Shown here piece by piece: positions 32,850 through 43,000 of a stretch of DNA of 64,000 nt. The position numbers were made by a program, and so were the translations under genes. Under the pieces are notes generated by a model that searched no databases, was not told where the DNA came from, and was given only the letters and a program-made list of their open reading frames with translations. Every line of letters starts with the position of its first letter. Position 1 is the first letter of the stretch. The stretch comes from Escherichia coli (GTDB lineage: Bacteria > Pseudomonadota > Gammaproteobacteria > Enterobacterales > Enterobacteriaceae): NCBI RefSeq assembly GCF_009931435.1, contig NZ_CP043414.1; one strand, written 5' to 3'.

Positions 32850-33544
32850 TGCAGATCCTCAAAGTGATCGGCCTGTTGATGGAGTACCCGGACGAGCTGT
32901 TGTGGGAGTGTAAGGACGACGCGCTGGCATTAATCCGCCGCGACGCGTCGATGCTCACCGATTTTGCACTCGACCTGCTCAACGCGCCGCTGCTGGATAA
33001 ACAGGCCGAATGGTGTGAAGTGTTCGACCGCGGGCGCACCACGTCGCTGCTGCTGTTCGAACATGTTCATGCCGAATCCCGCGATCGAGGCCAGGCAATG
33101 GTGGACCTGCTGGCGGAGTATGAAAAGGTCGGTCTGCAACTGGATTGTCGGGAACTGCCCGATTATCTGCCGCTGTACCTGGAGTACTTAAGTGTGCTGC
33201 CGGACGATCAGGCAAAAGAAGGATTACTCAACGTTGCGCCGATCCTCGCCCTGCTTGGCGGACGCTTAAAACAACGCGAGACACCGTGGTACGCGTTATT
33301 TGACGCCCTTTTGCAACTGGCAGGAAGTCCCCTGTCAAGTGACAGTGTCACAAAACAAATTCGTAGTGAAGAGCGTGACGACACCCGCCAGGCGCTGGAT
33401 GCGGTGTGGGAAGAAGAACAGGTGAAGTTTATTGAAGATAACGCCACGGCGTGTGACAGCTCGCCGCTTAATCAATATCAGCGACGTTTTAGCCAGGATG
33501 TCGCGCCGCAGTACGTCGACATCAGTGCGGGAGGTGGGAAATGA
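32849..33544 (+). CDS. narW: Nitrate reductase 2 assembly chaperone (delta)
   Basis: 231 aa, NarJ-like. Confidence 0.9.
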
Positions 33545-34221
33545 TTCAGTATCTGAACGTCTTTTTTTACGATATCTACCCGTACATTTGTGCGACGGTG
33601 TTTTTCCTTGGCAGCTGGCTGCGCTATGACTACGGGCAGTATACCTGGCGCGCCTCCTCGAGCCAGATGCTCGATAAACGCGGGATGGTGATATGGTCGA
33701 ATCTGTTCCATATCGGCATTCTGGGGATCTTCTTCGGTCATCTGTTCGGCATGTTAACACCGCACTGGATGTACGCGTGGTTTTTACCAGTGGCAGCGAA
33801 ACAACTGATGGCAATGGTGCTCGGCGGTATTTGCGGCGTGTTGACGTTGATTGGCGGTGCAGGACTGCTGTGGCGCAGGCTGACAAATCAGCGTGTGCGT
33901 GCTACTTCCACCACGCCGGATATCATCATCATGAGCATATTGCTGATCCAATGTTTGTTGGGGCTAAGTACCATACCGTTTTCAGCACAGTATCCTGATG
34001 GTAGCGAAATGATGAAACTGGTGGGTTGGGCGCAAAGTATCGTCACTTTCCGTGGAGGATCGTCAGAAATGCTTAACGGCGTAGCGTTCGTCTTCCGCCT
34101 GCATCTGGTATTGGGAATGACCATCTTCCTGCTCTTTCCGTTCACCCGACTGGTGCACGTGTGGAGCGCGCCTTTTGAGTACTTTACTCGTCGGCACCAG
34201 ATTGTGCGCTCGCGGCGATAA
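33541..34221 (+). CDS. narV: Respiratory nitrate reductase 2 gamma (cytochrome b) subunit
   Basis: 226 aa, 5 TM segments, overlaps narW by 4 nt. Confidence 0.92.
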   Translation: MIQYLNVFFYDIYPYICATVFFLGSWLRYDYGQYTWRASSSQMLDKRGMVIWSNLFHIGILGIFFGHLFGMLTPHWMYAWFLPVAAKQLMAMVLGGICGVLTLIGGAGLLWRRLTNQRVRATSTTPDIIIMSILLIQCLLGLSTIPFSAQYPDGSEMMKLVGWAQSIVTFRGGSSEMLNGVAFVFRLHLVLGMTIFLLFPFTRLVHVWSAPFEYFTRRHQIVRSRR

Positions 34222-34300
34222 TTCTCCCCCTGGCCGGATAGCCCTTCGCTCTCCGGCCACTTGCAGGCTATGATAGTTCTCCAGCCACAGGAGAACGTTA

Positions 34301-35194
34301 ATGAAACCGCAGGTGTACCACGTCGATGCTTTTACCGCTCAACCGTTTCGCGGCAATTCTGCCGGTGTTGTTTTTCCCGCCGATAAACTTAGCGAAGCGC
34401 AAATGCAGCTTATCGCCCGCGAATTAGGTCATTCGGAAACTGCTTTTCTGCTGCACAGCGACGACAGCGATGTGCGCATTCGCTACTTTACGCCAAAGGT
34501 TGAAGTGCCAATTTGCGGTCACGCAACGGTGGCTGCGCACTATGTACGTTCAAAGGTATTAGGTTTGGGAAATTGCACGGTCTGGCAAACGTCGCTGGCA
34601 GGAAAACATCGCGTGACTATCGAAAAGCACAACGATGATTATCGTATTTCGCTGGAACAAGGTACGCCGGGCTTTGAGCCACCGCTGGAAGGTGAAACAC
34701 GTGCGGCGATTATCAACGCATTGCATCTTACCGAAGACAATATTCTGCCGGGTTTGCCAATCCAGGTGGCAACCACAGGACACTCAAAAGTGATGATTCC
34801 GTTGAAACCAGAAGTGGATATCGATGCCCTTTCGCCTGACCTTGCTGCGCTGACCGCAATCAGCAAGCAGATTGGCTGCAATGGTTTCTTCCCGTTCCAG
34901 ATCCGCCCAGGCAAAAACGAAACCGATGGTCGTATGTTCTCGCCTGCCATTGGTATTGTGGAAGATCCGGTGACCGGCAATGCCAATGGCCCGATGGGTG
35001 CATGGTTGGTACATCACAACGTATTGCCCCACGATGGCAACGTGTTGCGTGTTAAAGGCCATCAGGGGCGCGCATTGGGGCGTGACGGCGTGATTGAAGT
35101 GACGGTGACAATTCGCAATAACCAACCGGAGAAAGTCACCATTTCCGGCACGGCGGTGATTCTTTTCCATGCTGAATGGGCCATTGATTTTTGA
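34301..35194 (+). CDS. yddE: PhzF-family isomerase-like protein
   Basis: 297 aa ORF. Confidence 0.85.
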   Translation: MKPQVYHVDAFTAQPFRGNSAGVVFPADKLSEAQMQLIARELGHSETAFLLHSDDSDVRIRYFTPKVEVPICGHATVAAHYVRSKVLGLGNCTVWQTSLAGKHRVTIEKHNDDYRISLEQGTPGFEPPLEGETRAAIINALHLTEDNILPGLPIQVATTGHSKVMIPLKPEVDIDALSPDLAALTAISKQIGCNGFFPFQIRPGKNETDGRMFSPAIGIVEDPVTGNANGPMGAWLVHHNVLPHDGNVLRVKGHQGRALGRDGVIEVTVTIRNNQPEKVTISGTAVILFHAEWAIDF

Positions 35195-35201
35195 TACCGT
35201 T

Positions 35202-35277
35202 GCCTGATGCGCTTCGCTTATCAGGCCTACAACCGGGCTAATGTGGGCCGGTTGTAGGCGTTTACGCCGCATCCGGC
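35202..35277. repeat. REP/BIME element between convergent yddE and nhoA
   Basis: gcctgatgcgcttcgcttatcaggcctac and gtaggcgtttacgccgcatccggc match REP consensus. Confidence 0.65.
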
Positions 35278-35289
35278 CCCTGGCACAAA

Positions 35290-36135
35290 CTATTTCCCCG
35301 CCTCCGGATGCGTATCAAACGCCGCCATCACCAACGCCAGTTCATCCACAGTAAAGCCATGCTTTGCGTCATCTACGCCCAGACCAAACTGCTCCTGCAT
35401 CACGGCATATAACGACGCCACATCCGCTAGATTTCGCTGCTCCACTGCATGTCCATTTTCATAATGGGTGAAATGAAAATTGGTCAGTGTCAGTTTTCCA
35501 CCGTCCGGCAAATGGCGGCACATCAGCAAATGATGGCGAAAATGCGATTGCGGCCAGTGCGCCGACCAGAAATTACCCATCACATAATCACTTTGTTGTT
35601 GTTCACAGAGATCAAAACGGTACATCGACTGCCAGTGCTGATGATGATTAAACTGCAAAATCCAGTCGTTCCCTTCCTGTAACAGCCGATATTCGCCATG
35701 TGGCGTTGTTTGCGCGATATCCGCCACTAAACGAATCGGCGCAGTCAAAGTCTGCCCACCGAAACCGACATCGGCAATCCAGTGTTCGCCTTCCAGCTCC
35801 ACCAACAACAAACGATGGGTACGCGGCGGTAATGCTGGCGGATTAGATAACACTACGCGCCCTAACAGACTGCGTACCTGAAAACCCAGCTCGCGTAACA
35901 CCCGCTCAAACACGCCATTCTGCTCAAAGCAGTAACCACCACGCCGGGCGAGCACCAATTTCTCTTCCAGCGATTGATCATCAAGCTGCATTTCTCTCGG
36001 CAGCAAAACATCGAGATTTTCAAATGGAATGGTGCAATTGTGTTTCAGGTGTAATGCGCGCAGCGTTTCGATATTGACCGCAGCCGCTCCCGACCAGTTA
36101 ATGCGGGTAAAATAGTGATTCAGAATGGGCGTCAT
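35290..36135 (-). CDS. nhoA: Arylamine N-acetyltransferase (N-hydroxyarylamine O-acetyltransferase)
   Basis: 281 aa ORF MTPILNHYFTRINWSG... Confidence 0.9.
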   Translation of the reverse strand: MTPILNHYFTRINWSGAAAVNIETLRALHLKHNCTIPFENLDVLLPREMQLDDQSLEEKLVLARRGGYCFEQNGVFERVLRELGFQVRSLLGRVVLSNPPALPPRTHRLLLVELEGEHWIADVGFGGQTLTAPIRLVADIAQTTPHGEYRLLQEGNDWILQFNHHQHWQSMYRFDLCEQQQSDYVMGNFWSAHWPQSHFRHHLLMCRHLPDGGKLTLTNFHFTHYENGHAVEQRNLADVASLYAVMQEQFGLGVDDAKHGFTVDELALVMAAFDTHPEAGK

Positions 36136-36309
36136 CAGGCGTTTCCGTTTGTGGTTTTCTCAATTTATAACCTGGAATAGACGCCGCACCGGCTATTTTG
36201 TGCGATCGCGGACATGCATCACGTTCGCAAATCGCCAATCCCGTTAATTTCGTTACTTATTGCGTTACGAGCTACGCTTTTAAAACAACCTTCTTAGCGA
36301 GGCGATACC

Positions 36310-36879
36310 GTGAGCCGATTCATCCCCGTCGAATTACACCATGCCAGCCGTCTGTTAAACCACGGCCCCACCGTTTTGATAACAACTTTTGATGAAAAAT
36401 CACAGCGACGTAATGTGATGGCTGCGGCCTGGTCGATGCCGGTGGAGTTTGAACCGCCACGCATAGCGATTGTGGTAGATAAATCGACATGGACCAGGGA
36501 GTTGATTGAGCGTAACGGTAAATTTGGCATCGTTATCCCGGGCGTTGCGGCAACTAACTGGACGTGGGCGGTGGGAAGTGTGTCGGGTCGTGAAGAAGAT
36601 AAATTTAATTGCTATGGCATTCCGGTTGTGAAAGGTCCGGTGCTTGGATTGCCGCTGGTTGAAGAGAAATGTCTGGCATGGATGGAGTGTCGATTGCTAC
36701 CAGCGACTTCTGCGCAAGAAAAATACGATACGCTATTTGGCGAAGTGGTATCGGCAGCGGCAGACGCACGAGTATTTGTCGAAGGCCGCTGGCAGTTTGA
36801 TGATGATAAACTCAATACGTTGCATCATTTAGGTGCTGGCACGTTTGTTACCAGCGGGAAGCGAGTTGCCGCGGGGTAA
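36310..36879 (+). CDS. yddH: Flavin reductase-like protein
   Basis: 189 aa, GTG start. Confidence 0.85.
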   Translation: MSRFIPVELHHASRLLNHGPTVLITTFDEKSQRRNVMAAAWSMPVEFEPPRIAIVVDKSTWTRELIERNGKFGIVIPGVAATNWTWAVGSVSGREEDKFNCYGIPVVKGPVLGLPLVEEKCLAWMECRLLPATSAQEKYDTLFGEVVSAAADARVFVEGRWQFDDDKLNTLHHLGAGTFVTSGKRVAAG

Positions 36880-37270
36880 AGAATCATATGCAGCAACCAA
36901 GTTGCTTAAGCAATGTTTCCATATGAGTTAAAAGATATTTTATCTCACGATTGCATATTTTTAGTGAAGATTAATTTATCCTCACCAACATCATAGTAAT
37001 TGCGTATTATCGCCTCATTGATAAAGCCCTATTTTGTATAAAATGCGCGGGCGGCACTAAAATCGATATGGCTAGAGATCTCTACTAAAAGTAGTCTTGC
37101 GTGATTGGGACAGGTCAAGAAAAAGCAGTTTTGCAGTTTTTTATTTCAGGGCGCAGTTGCGAAAATTGAATACCGTATGGACTAATGTGAGAAAATTCCG
37201 AGGTACGACTGTTTTGATATAGTGGACAATCAAGCGTCTCGAATTAACAATGAATTTCAGGTGCCAAGCC

Positions 37271-37993
37271 TTACAATTTGTAGCATGACGGATATAGGAC
37301 AACATTAGGAAATCGGACAGAAAATTCATTATAATAAAATGACAACTTATCTCTTTCTCTCACGTTCTGTGAAATTTCACAAAAGTATAAACTGAGCCAA
37401 TATGCCTTTATATATAAAAAATACTCATGTTTATTATTATCGGAAAAAGCCAAGATTTGATTAAGGCCATCAAAAATATCTTTCTCATGATCTATATGTA
37501 CTCTTGATGATTTTACAATATCTTTTAATTCGCGGTAAATCTTATTAAATAGCGCAACCGATTCACTGTTATTGAATCCATAGTTGATAAAAAGACATGA
37601 TTTAACATCCGATATTAGCAAGTCGTCATAATTCATCTCTATTTCAGACAATTTCACGATATACTCAGCTATAGTATTACTTTGTAAGGACTCAACAACT
37701 GACAGTAAAACAGATGGATGCAATAATATTTCAAGAAGACTTTTATCGATATTTTTATACACATTTATTGCAAATTCATCATTCGTCCCATCGATGGTGT
37801 CAGATATTGAAAAAAATACATAATCGGGGAGTTCATACCACATATTAATTTTAATAATATCACGACACATATCTTCTAATTGTTGTAATCTATTACCTTT
37901 ATTCATAACAACCTTAATATTATATGGAATCTTTGGCGGAATCTTCTTAACTCTGAGGAATTTTACTAAACCTTTGTTAGAGAAAATATGCAT
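37271..37993 (-). CDS. Hypothetical protein, AT-rich orphan ORF (no recognisable domain)
   Basis: 240 aa ORF, very low GC, no signal peptide or motif recognised; directly downstream of ISAs1 remnant. Confidence 0.45.
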   Translation of the reverse strand: MHIFSNKGLVKFLRVKKIPPKIPYNIKVVMNKGNRLQQLEDMCRDIIKINMWYELPDYVFFSISDTIDGTNDEFAINVYKNIDKSLLEILLHPSVLLSVVESLQSNTIAEYIVKLSEIEMNYDDLLISDVKSCLFINYGFNNSESVALFNKIYRELKDIVKSSRVHIDHEKDIFDGLNQILAFSDNNKHEYFLYIKAYWLSLYFCEISQNVRERDKLSFYYNEFSVRFPNVVLYPSCYKL

Positions 37994-38069
37994 ATCACTG
38001 ACAGCGTGTTATTAATTCACTCTGGTGTTATATAACAAAAATATCCCCTCCTGTTTTCACCTCTTTGTA

Positions 38070-39280
38070 TTCATGATAGTTAAGGGGAGTGCTAACTTAA
38101 TATAAACACCCAGGGCAAGATTACGAAAGCCCGCTCCCCGCAAGGACTGACGCCAGATACTTTCTGTCCATGGTTGCTTTTCGCATCTTACGTCTTAACC
38201 CTGCTTGAATACCTCATCATTCGTCAAAATATTAATAGCGATGTGCCGTATCCCTGAAAATAATTCTGCTGCATTTCCTCTTCTTATTTTGCAGTCGTCT
38301 TCATTCATTACCACGTCCAGACGCCAGTGCAGCTTATTCTCCACGTGCCAGTGGTTTCGGATTGCTGTGGCGAACTTCTCTGCGGTTAAATCAGCAGAAC
38401 TGATATAATATCTGACCGTCATTTCTGGCTCTTTCTTTTGTTCTGCTATTATTGACCGAAAGGAGACTGCCACGCATAATTTCTTCAGACCTTTCCATTC
38501 AAACGTGAAATCAATAAGTTCATCAGGGACATCGCAAACAATGTGAAGACGGATTTCTTCTCTGCCGTGACTCTTTTCACTAATTGCGTAACTGTCATGC
38601 TCTGGATTATTTAATTCTTTCAGCGGAAATTTTTCCTCGAAGCCTTTATTTAGCCGCCCCTGGTTTCCTTTTACAGCGAATAAATAATCACCTCCCTGTT
38701 TTTGTATCTTCTCTGCAATATCTTTCTGGCAACCCATCGCATCAGTTGTGATGATTTTTCCTTTAATATCCAGCATGTTAAGAAGTTCTGGGATAGCTGT
38801 AATCTCATTGGATTTCTCATCCGTCTTGATCTGTCCGATGACCAGACTGTGCATTGTTGAGAACGCACTAATGACATGAATCGCTCCCCTGCGGCGACTC
38901 TTGTCATAAGAGTGCCGGAGCGTTTTTCCATCAATTGCAATGACGTCTTTATCATCTGAAGAATGGCAGTCACGCATCCAGTTAATAAAGCACTCATGAA
39001 ATTTTGCAGGACTGATACAGGATACAACTTTGGCAATGATATCGTGAACAGGAATACCATTTTCAAAATCACCATATCACTTCAAAAAATCGAGATGTGT
39101 TTCCCAAAAATTCGCTATATTTTCCTATCCTTCTGCACCAAAAATAACGGCACAAATAGCCAACAGTAGAATATCCGATAATTTATGCTCCACTTTCCAG
39201 GCTTGTCTGTAATCGGGGATAACAGAAATATGTTCCATCAATTTTTTAAGTACCATTTTGTTCTCCTTAATTATGTAAGG
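38070..39280 (-). mobile_element. ISAs1-family (H-repeat) insertion sequence, boundaries approximate
   Basis: Transposase-homologous sequence flanked by imperfect inverted repeats (about 38073-38087 atgatagttaagggg vs 39263-39277 ctccttaattatgta). Confidence 0.5.
38195..39238 (-). pseudogene. ISAs1-family transposase (H-repeat-associated protein) inactivated by two in-frame nonsense codons
   Basis: Hand translation from ATG 39238: [37 protein letters not shown]-stop-ENIANFWETHLDFLK-stop-YGDFENG..., continuing in frame into track ORF 38195-38977 ([11 protein letters not shown]...). Confidence 0.8.
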
Positions 39281-39562
39281 AGTATTTGATCATGTATAAG
39301 CAATAAAAAACAGCTTCAGGTAATGAGGAATATCTCAATTTTTAAACATAAAATGCGAATTGTTTAGTACAAAAAGTGTACTTCTGATGATCTTTCCCTG
39401 CCTATCAGCCCCCCTGCTGAACCCTGCACAATATCCAGTCCCTTGCGGGTCATGTCACCCTGCCGCGCCGCCGGTTTTCCGCTCATGGTTTATTCCTTTT
39501 CTTTTACCTTACATGTCCATACAAATAGTTACCTATACTGTCTTTGAATATTGCCCTACCAT

Positions 39563-40012
39563 TTAAAGCCCACCTATTTCTTGCGACAGAAAAGGGATTT
39601 CTTTTTTAATCCAATCTATCATTTCATTTTTTTCAAAACATACGTTAATGCCATTCACACTGCCACATTCACCAAAACCATCAAAATAAATTTCACATTT
39701 ATTATTTTTATTCGAAACAATGTCAACCCCCCATCTTATATCGTTATTCTCCTCCTTCCTGAAATACTTCATTTGCAATAAATCAATTATCTCACCAGCA
39801 TAAAAATCGCTAACCCCATTCACCACCACTTTATGTTTGTATATTCTCTTGAGACCTTCCTTGCTAAGCGGGGTTAAGGTGGTAACATATGCTGGAAGAT
39901 TAATTATTTCTATCGTTTTCACACTATCTATTCCACACAATTCATTCACTCGCCCCATCCCCAATACCGAAGCAGAAAATAGAGACAATAAAACCATCAA
40001 ATATTTCATCAT
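39563..40012 (-). CDS. Candidate Rhs immunity protein with N-terminal signal peptide
   Basis: 149 aa; starts 12 nt after Rhs stop; hydrophobic N-terminus MMKYLMVLLSLFSASVLG; AT-rich. Confidence 0.5.
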   Translation of the reverse strand: MMKYLMVLLSLFSASVLGMGRVNELCGIDSVKTIEIINLPAYVTTLTPLSKEGLKRIYKHKVVVNGVSDFYAGEIIDLLQMKYFRKEENNDIRWGVDIVSNKNNKCEIYFDGFGECGSVNGINVCFEKNEMIDWIKKEIPFLSQEIGGL

Positions 40013-40024
40013 AAAAAAATCTCA

Positions 40025-43000
40025 CTATTCTGGCGTGCCATTTATTGTTGCCGTCTGCGTTGGTGTATTCACACGATAATACACTCCATTATATGCTGTT
40101 CTGGTACACTCACCTAAAGTTTTCGCCGCATGCTGTTCAATTAAAGTGATAACTCTCGCCTCTTCTTTATTTTTATATTGTTCATCCGCACGTCTCACAA
40201 GCCCCATATAACCATCCTTATCAATAAGATATAAGTGCGCATGAGCAAACTCATGCCCCAAACCTAATGCAGGTGATTGTGATTTCGATTTTAAATCAGT
40301 TGAACAAAATAAAGCCGCCTTACCATTCCAATATATAGTCATTTTATCCGGGTCAAATCTAACGTCGGTTTCATCAATATACTCTATCTTTATGGTTTCT
40401 TCAGAGCTTGATAAAAAATCTATAGCTTCTTTCATTCGTGAATCTTGTTTTAAATACTCAACAGCCTGATTAAAATCACTTGGATCACCGTTAACATGGA
40501 ATTTTAAACCCAAAGAATCTATAAACCGAACAGGGTTTAATGGATATTTATACAGATTCCATTCACCTCTTAGCCCGATTGGATCCTGGGTGATATACCT
40601 CCCCTGTAGCGGGTCATAGTACCGGTTCCGGTTATAATACAGCCCCGACTCCTCATCGTGTTGCTGCCCTGGCAGACGGTACGGCTGGTGCATGTGATGC
40701 GAGTTTTCCTCATTCAGCAGGTTTCCCCACTCATCATACTCCCCGCTCCACGCCGTATTGCCGTCTTCGCTGATGAGCGCCAGCGGCAGGCCCCGGTGGT
40801 CGCAGTGATACAGATGCAGCGTGCGTGCCGGTGTGTATTCCGGCTCCACCTGTCTGGCCAGTTGCTCCACCGTCAGCCCGCACTGCGCAAGCCACGCCCG
40901 GCTTTCACTGCTCACGCGGTCTGCCCGGATTTCTTCCTCCAGCCTGTCCAGCATCCTCACAAGTTCTGCCGGGAACACCACACCGTGCCCGTCCTCACTC
41001 CCTTCCTGCTGCAGCTTCTCCGCCAGGCTCCGGCGCTGCGCTTTCTCCCGCTCGCCGTTCTCTGTTTCGATGCGGATGAGCGGCGTGAAGCTCCCAGGCT
41101 GGTAGACCGTCTGGATACGTGTGGTGTCGGTCTGTACCGTCGTCAGCCGGTCACCGTCCCACCCGTACCACGTTACCTCCGGTTTACGCGACAGCGACAT
41201 CCACCCCGTCAGGTCACGCTCCCGCCGCCATACCCGTTTCGCCATTCGCCGTCCCAGCGGGTCGTAGAGGTAGCGGCTCTCGACCAGTGGCTCGCCATGC
41301 TGTATCCGCGTGTAGAACACCAGGCGTGCTGGCTGTCGTAGTGGTAGTGGTGGGTCCGCTCGTCGTCCGTCCGTATCACACCCGCCGGGATGCGGTCCGT
41401 CTTCTCCGTCAGCCTGCCGTATTCATCGTGGCGGTAGACATAGTGCGCATCCTCCGCGATGCGGTTATCCGGCCACACTGTGAGTGTACTGTCCGGGTGC
41501 AGCTCCGGGTCCGGCAGCCGGTTGCCCGCCGGGTCCGTGGCATACGGGATGCGGATGTCCAGGTCCGGTGCGAGGGTGCGCACGCTCTCCAGCCTGCCCG
41601 TGGCACTGTAGCCGTATTCCCGCGTCTGTCGCGGGCCGCTGATGCGCACCAGGTCGCCGTTGTCATTCCACCCGTAGTCACGGTCATACACCAGGCTGTT
41701 CAGGTGCTGACTCTGTAACTGACCTGCGGGGGTGTATGTGCTGGTCAGTTCGTATGCGGAATTACTGCCTGCCATGCTGCCGAAGCTGCGCACCGTCTCA
41801 CGGTGCAGCCTGTCCCGCGTATACTCGACCAGCGGCGTCCCGCCCAGCTTCATTCCCGCCAGGTAACCGCTGCCATACGTCAGCCACTCCACCGGCGGCA
41901 GGCTGTCCGGCGTGACGCGGTTTGCCAGCCCCTGTTCGTTGTATGCCTGTTTCGTCTCATGCTGCCAGAGCAGTTCCTCCGTCTCCGGGTTATGCACCGT
42001 CTGGCGCTCGCCAGTCAGACGGCCCTTGTCGTCATAGCCATAGTGGACGGCAACACGGTGGCCTTCGCTCAGGTGGCTGATTTCTCTCAGCCAGCCGTGG
42101 CCATCATACTGCCACTGCTCTGCCGGTTCGCCGTTCACCGTGCGGTGCGTGATGCGGTCCGATTCGTCGTAGTGCCAGAGGGTGACAAGCCCCTCATCTT
42201 CACTCTGCGTGAGTTTTCCGGTCAGGTCATAGTGGTAACGTTGCGTCCGCCCGTCAAAGCCGCGCTGCTGTACCAGCCGGTCCAGCGCATCGTAGGTAAA
42301 CTCACTTCGGCTGCCGTTCTCGTTAGTCAGCGTGGTGACACGTCCGGCAGCATCATACTCCATACTGCGCGTCAGCCCGCCCTGCGTGGTACTGACCGCC
42401 TTTCCCCACGCATCGTACTGTGTCTCACTCCGGTTGCCATCCGGGGTGATGACGGCGGTCAGGTCGCCTGCGGCGTTGTACTCATACTGCGTTTCACGGC
42501 CCTGTGCGTCTTTCACCGAGGTTAACCGGCCACGGTTGTCATAGCGGCGGTAAAGGCTGATACCTTCCTCGCGGTGAACCGCCGTCATCTGGCCGAAGCG
42601 GTCGTATTCATAGCGGGTCTGGTAGCCCGAGCAGTCGGTGAAGGCCAGCAACTGCCCGTAGCGGCTCCAGGTCATCTGCCGGGTGCTGCCCGTCGCATCC
42701 GTTGTCGTCGCCGGTAACTCACTGTGCGGATTATCATAAGCATACCGGATGACGTCCCCGCTGCGCGATGTCTCCGTTACCAGCCTGTCCCGCTCATCAT
42801 ACGCCCGGCGGCTCTCCAGCCCGTCCGGGGACACCACCGCCGTTAACTGGTTCCCGTCGTTATAGTAAAATTTCGTCTCCCGCCCGTCCGGCGTGGTGAT
42901 ATCCGTGATATCGCCGGACACCACATTCAGGCCGTACTCTGTCCGCCGTCCCGCCGCGTCCGTCTGTGCCGTGAGCCTTCCTGCCGCGTCATACCCGCTG

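Noticed and set aside
34222-34262. GC-rich palindrome (ggccgga ... tccggcc) after narV as a possible terminator
   Set aside because: No downstream T-run; it may be a weak or Rho-dependent termination region, not confident enough to call.
38671-39075. 134-aa ORF inside the ISAs1 element
   Set aside because: An alternate frame of the transposase pseudogene, not an independent gene.
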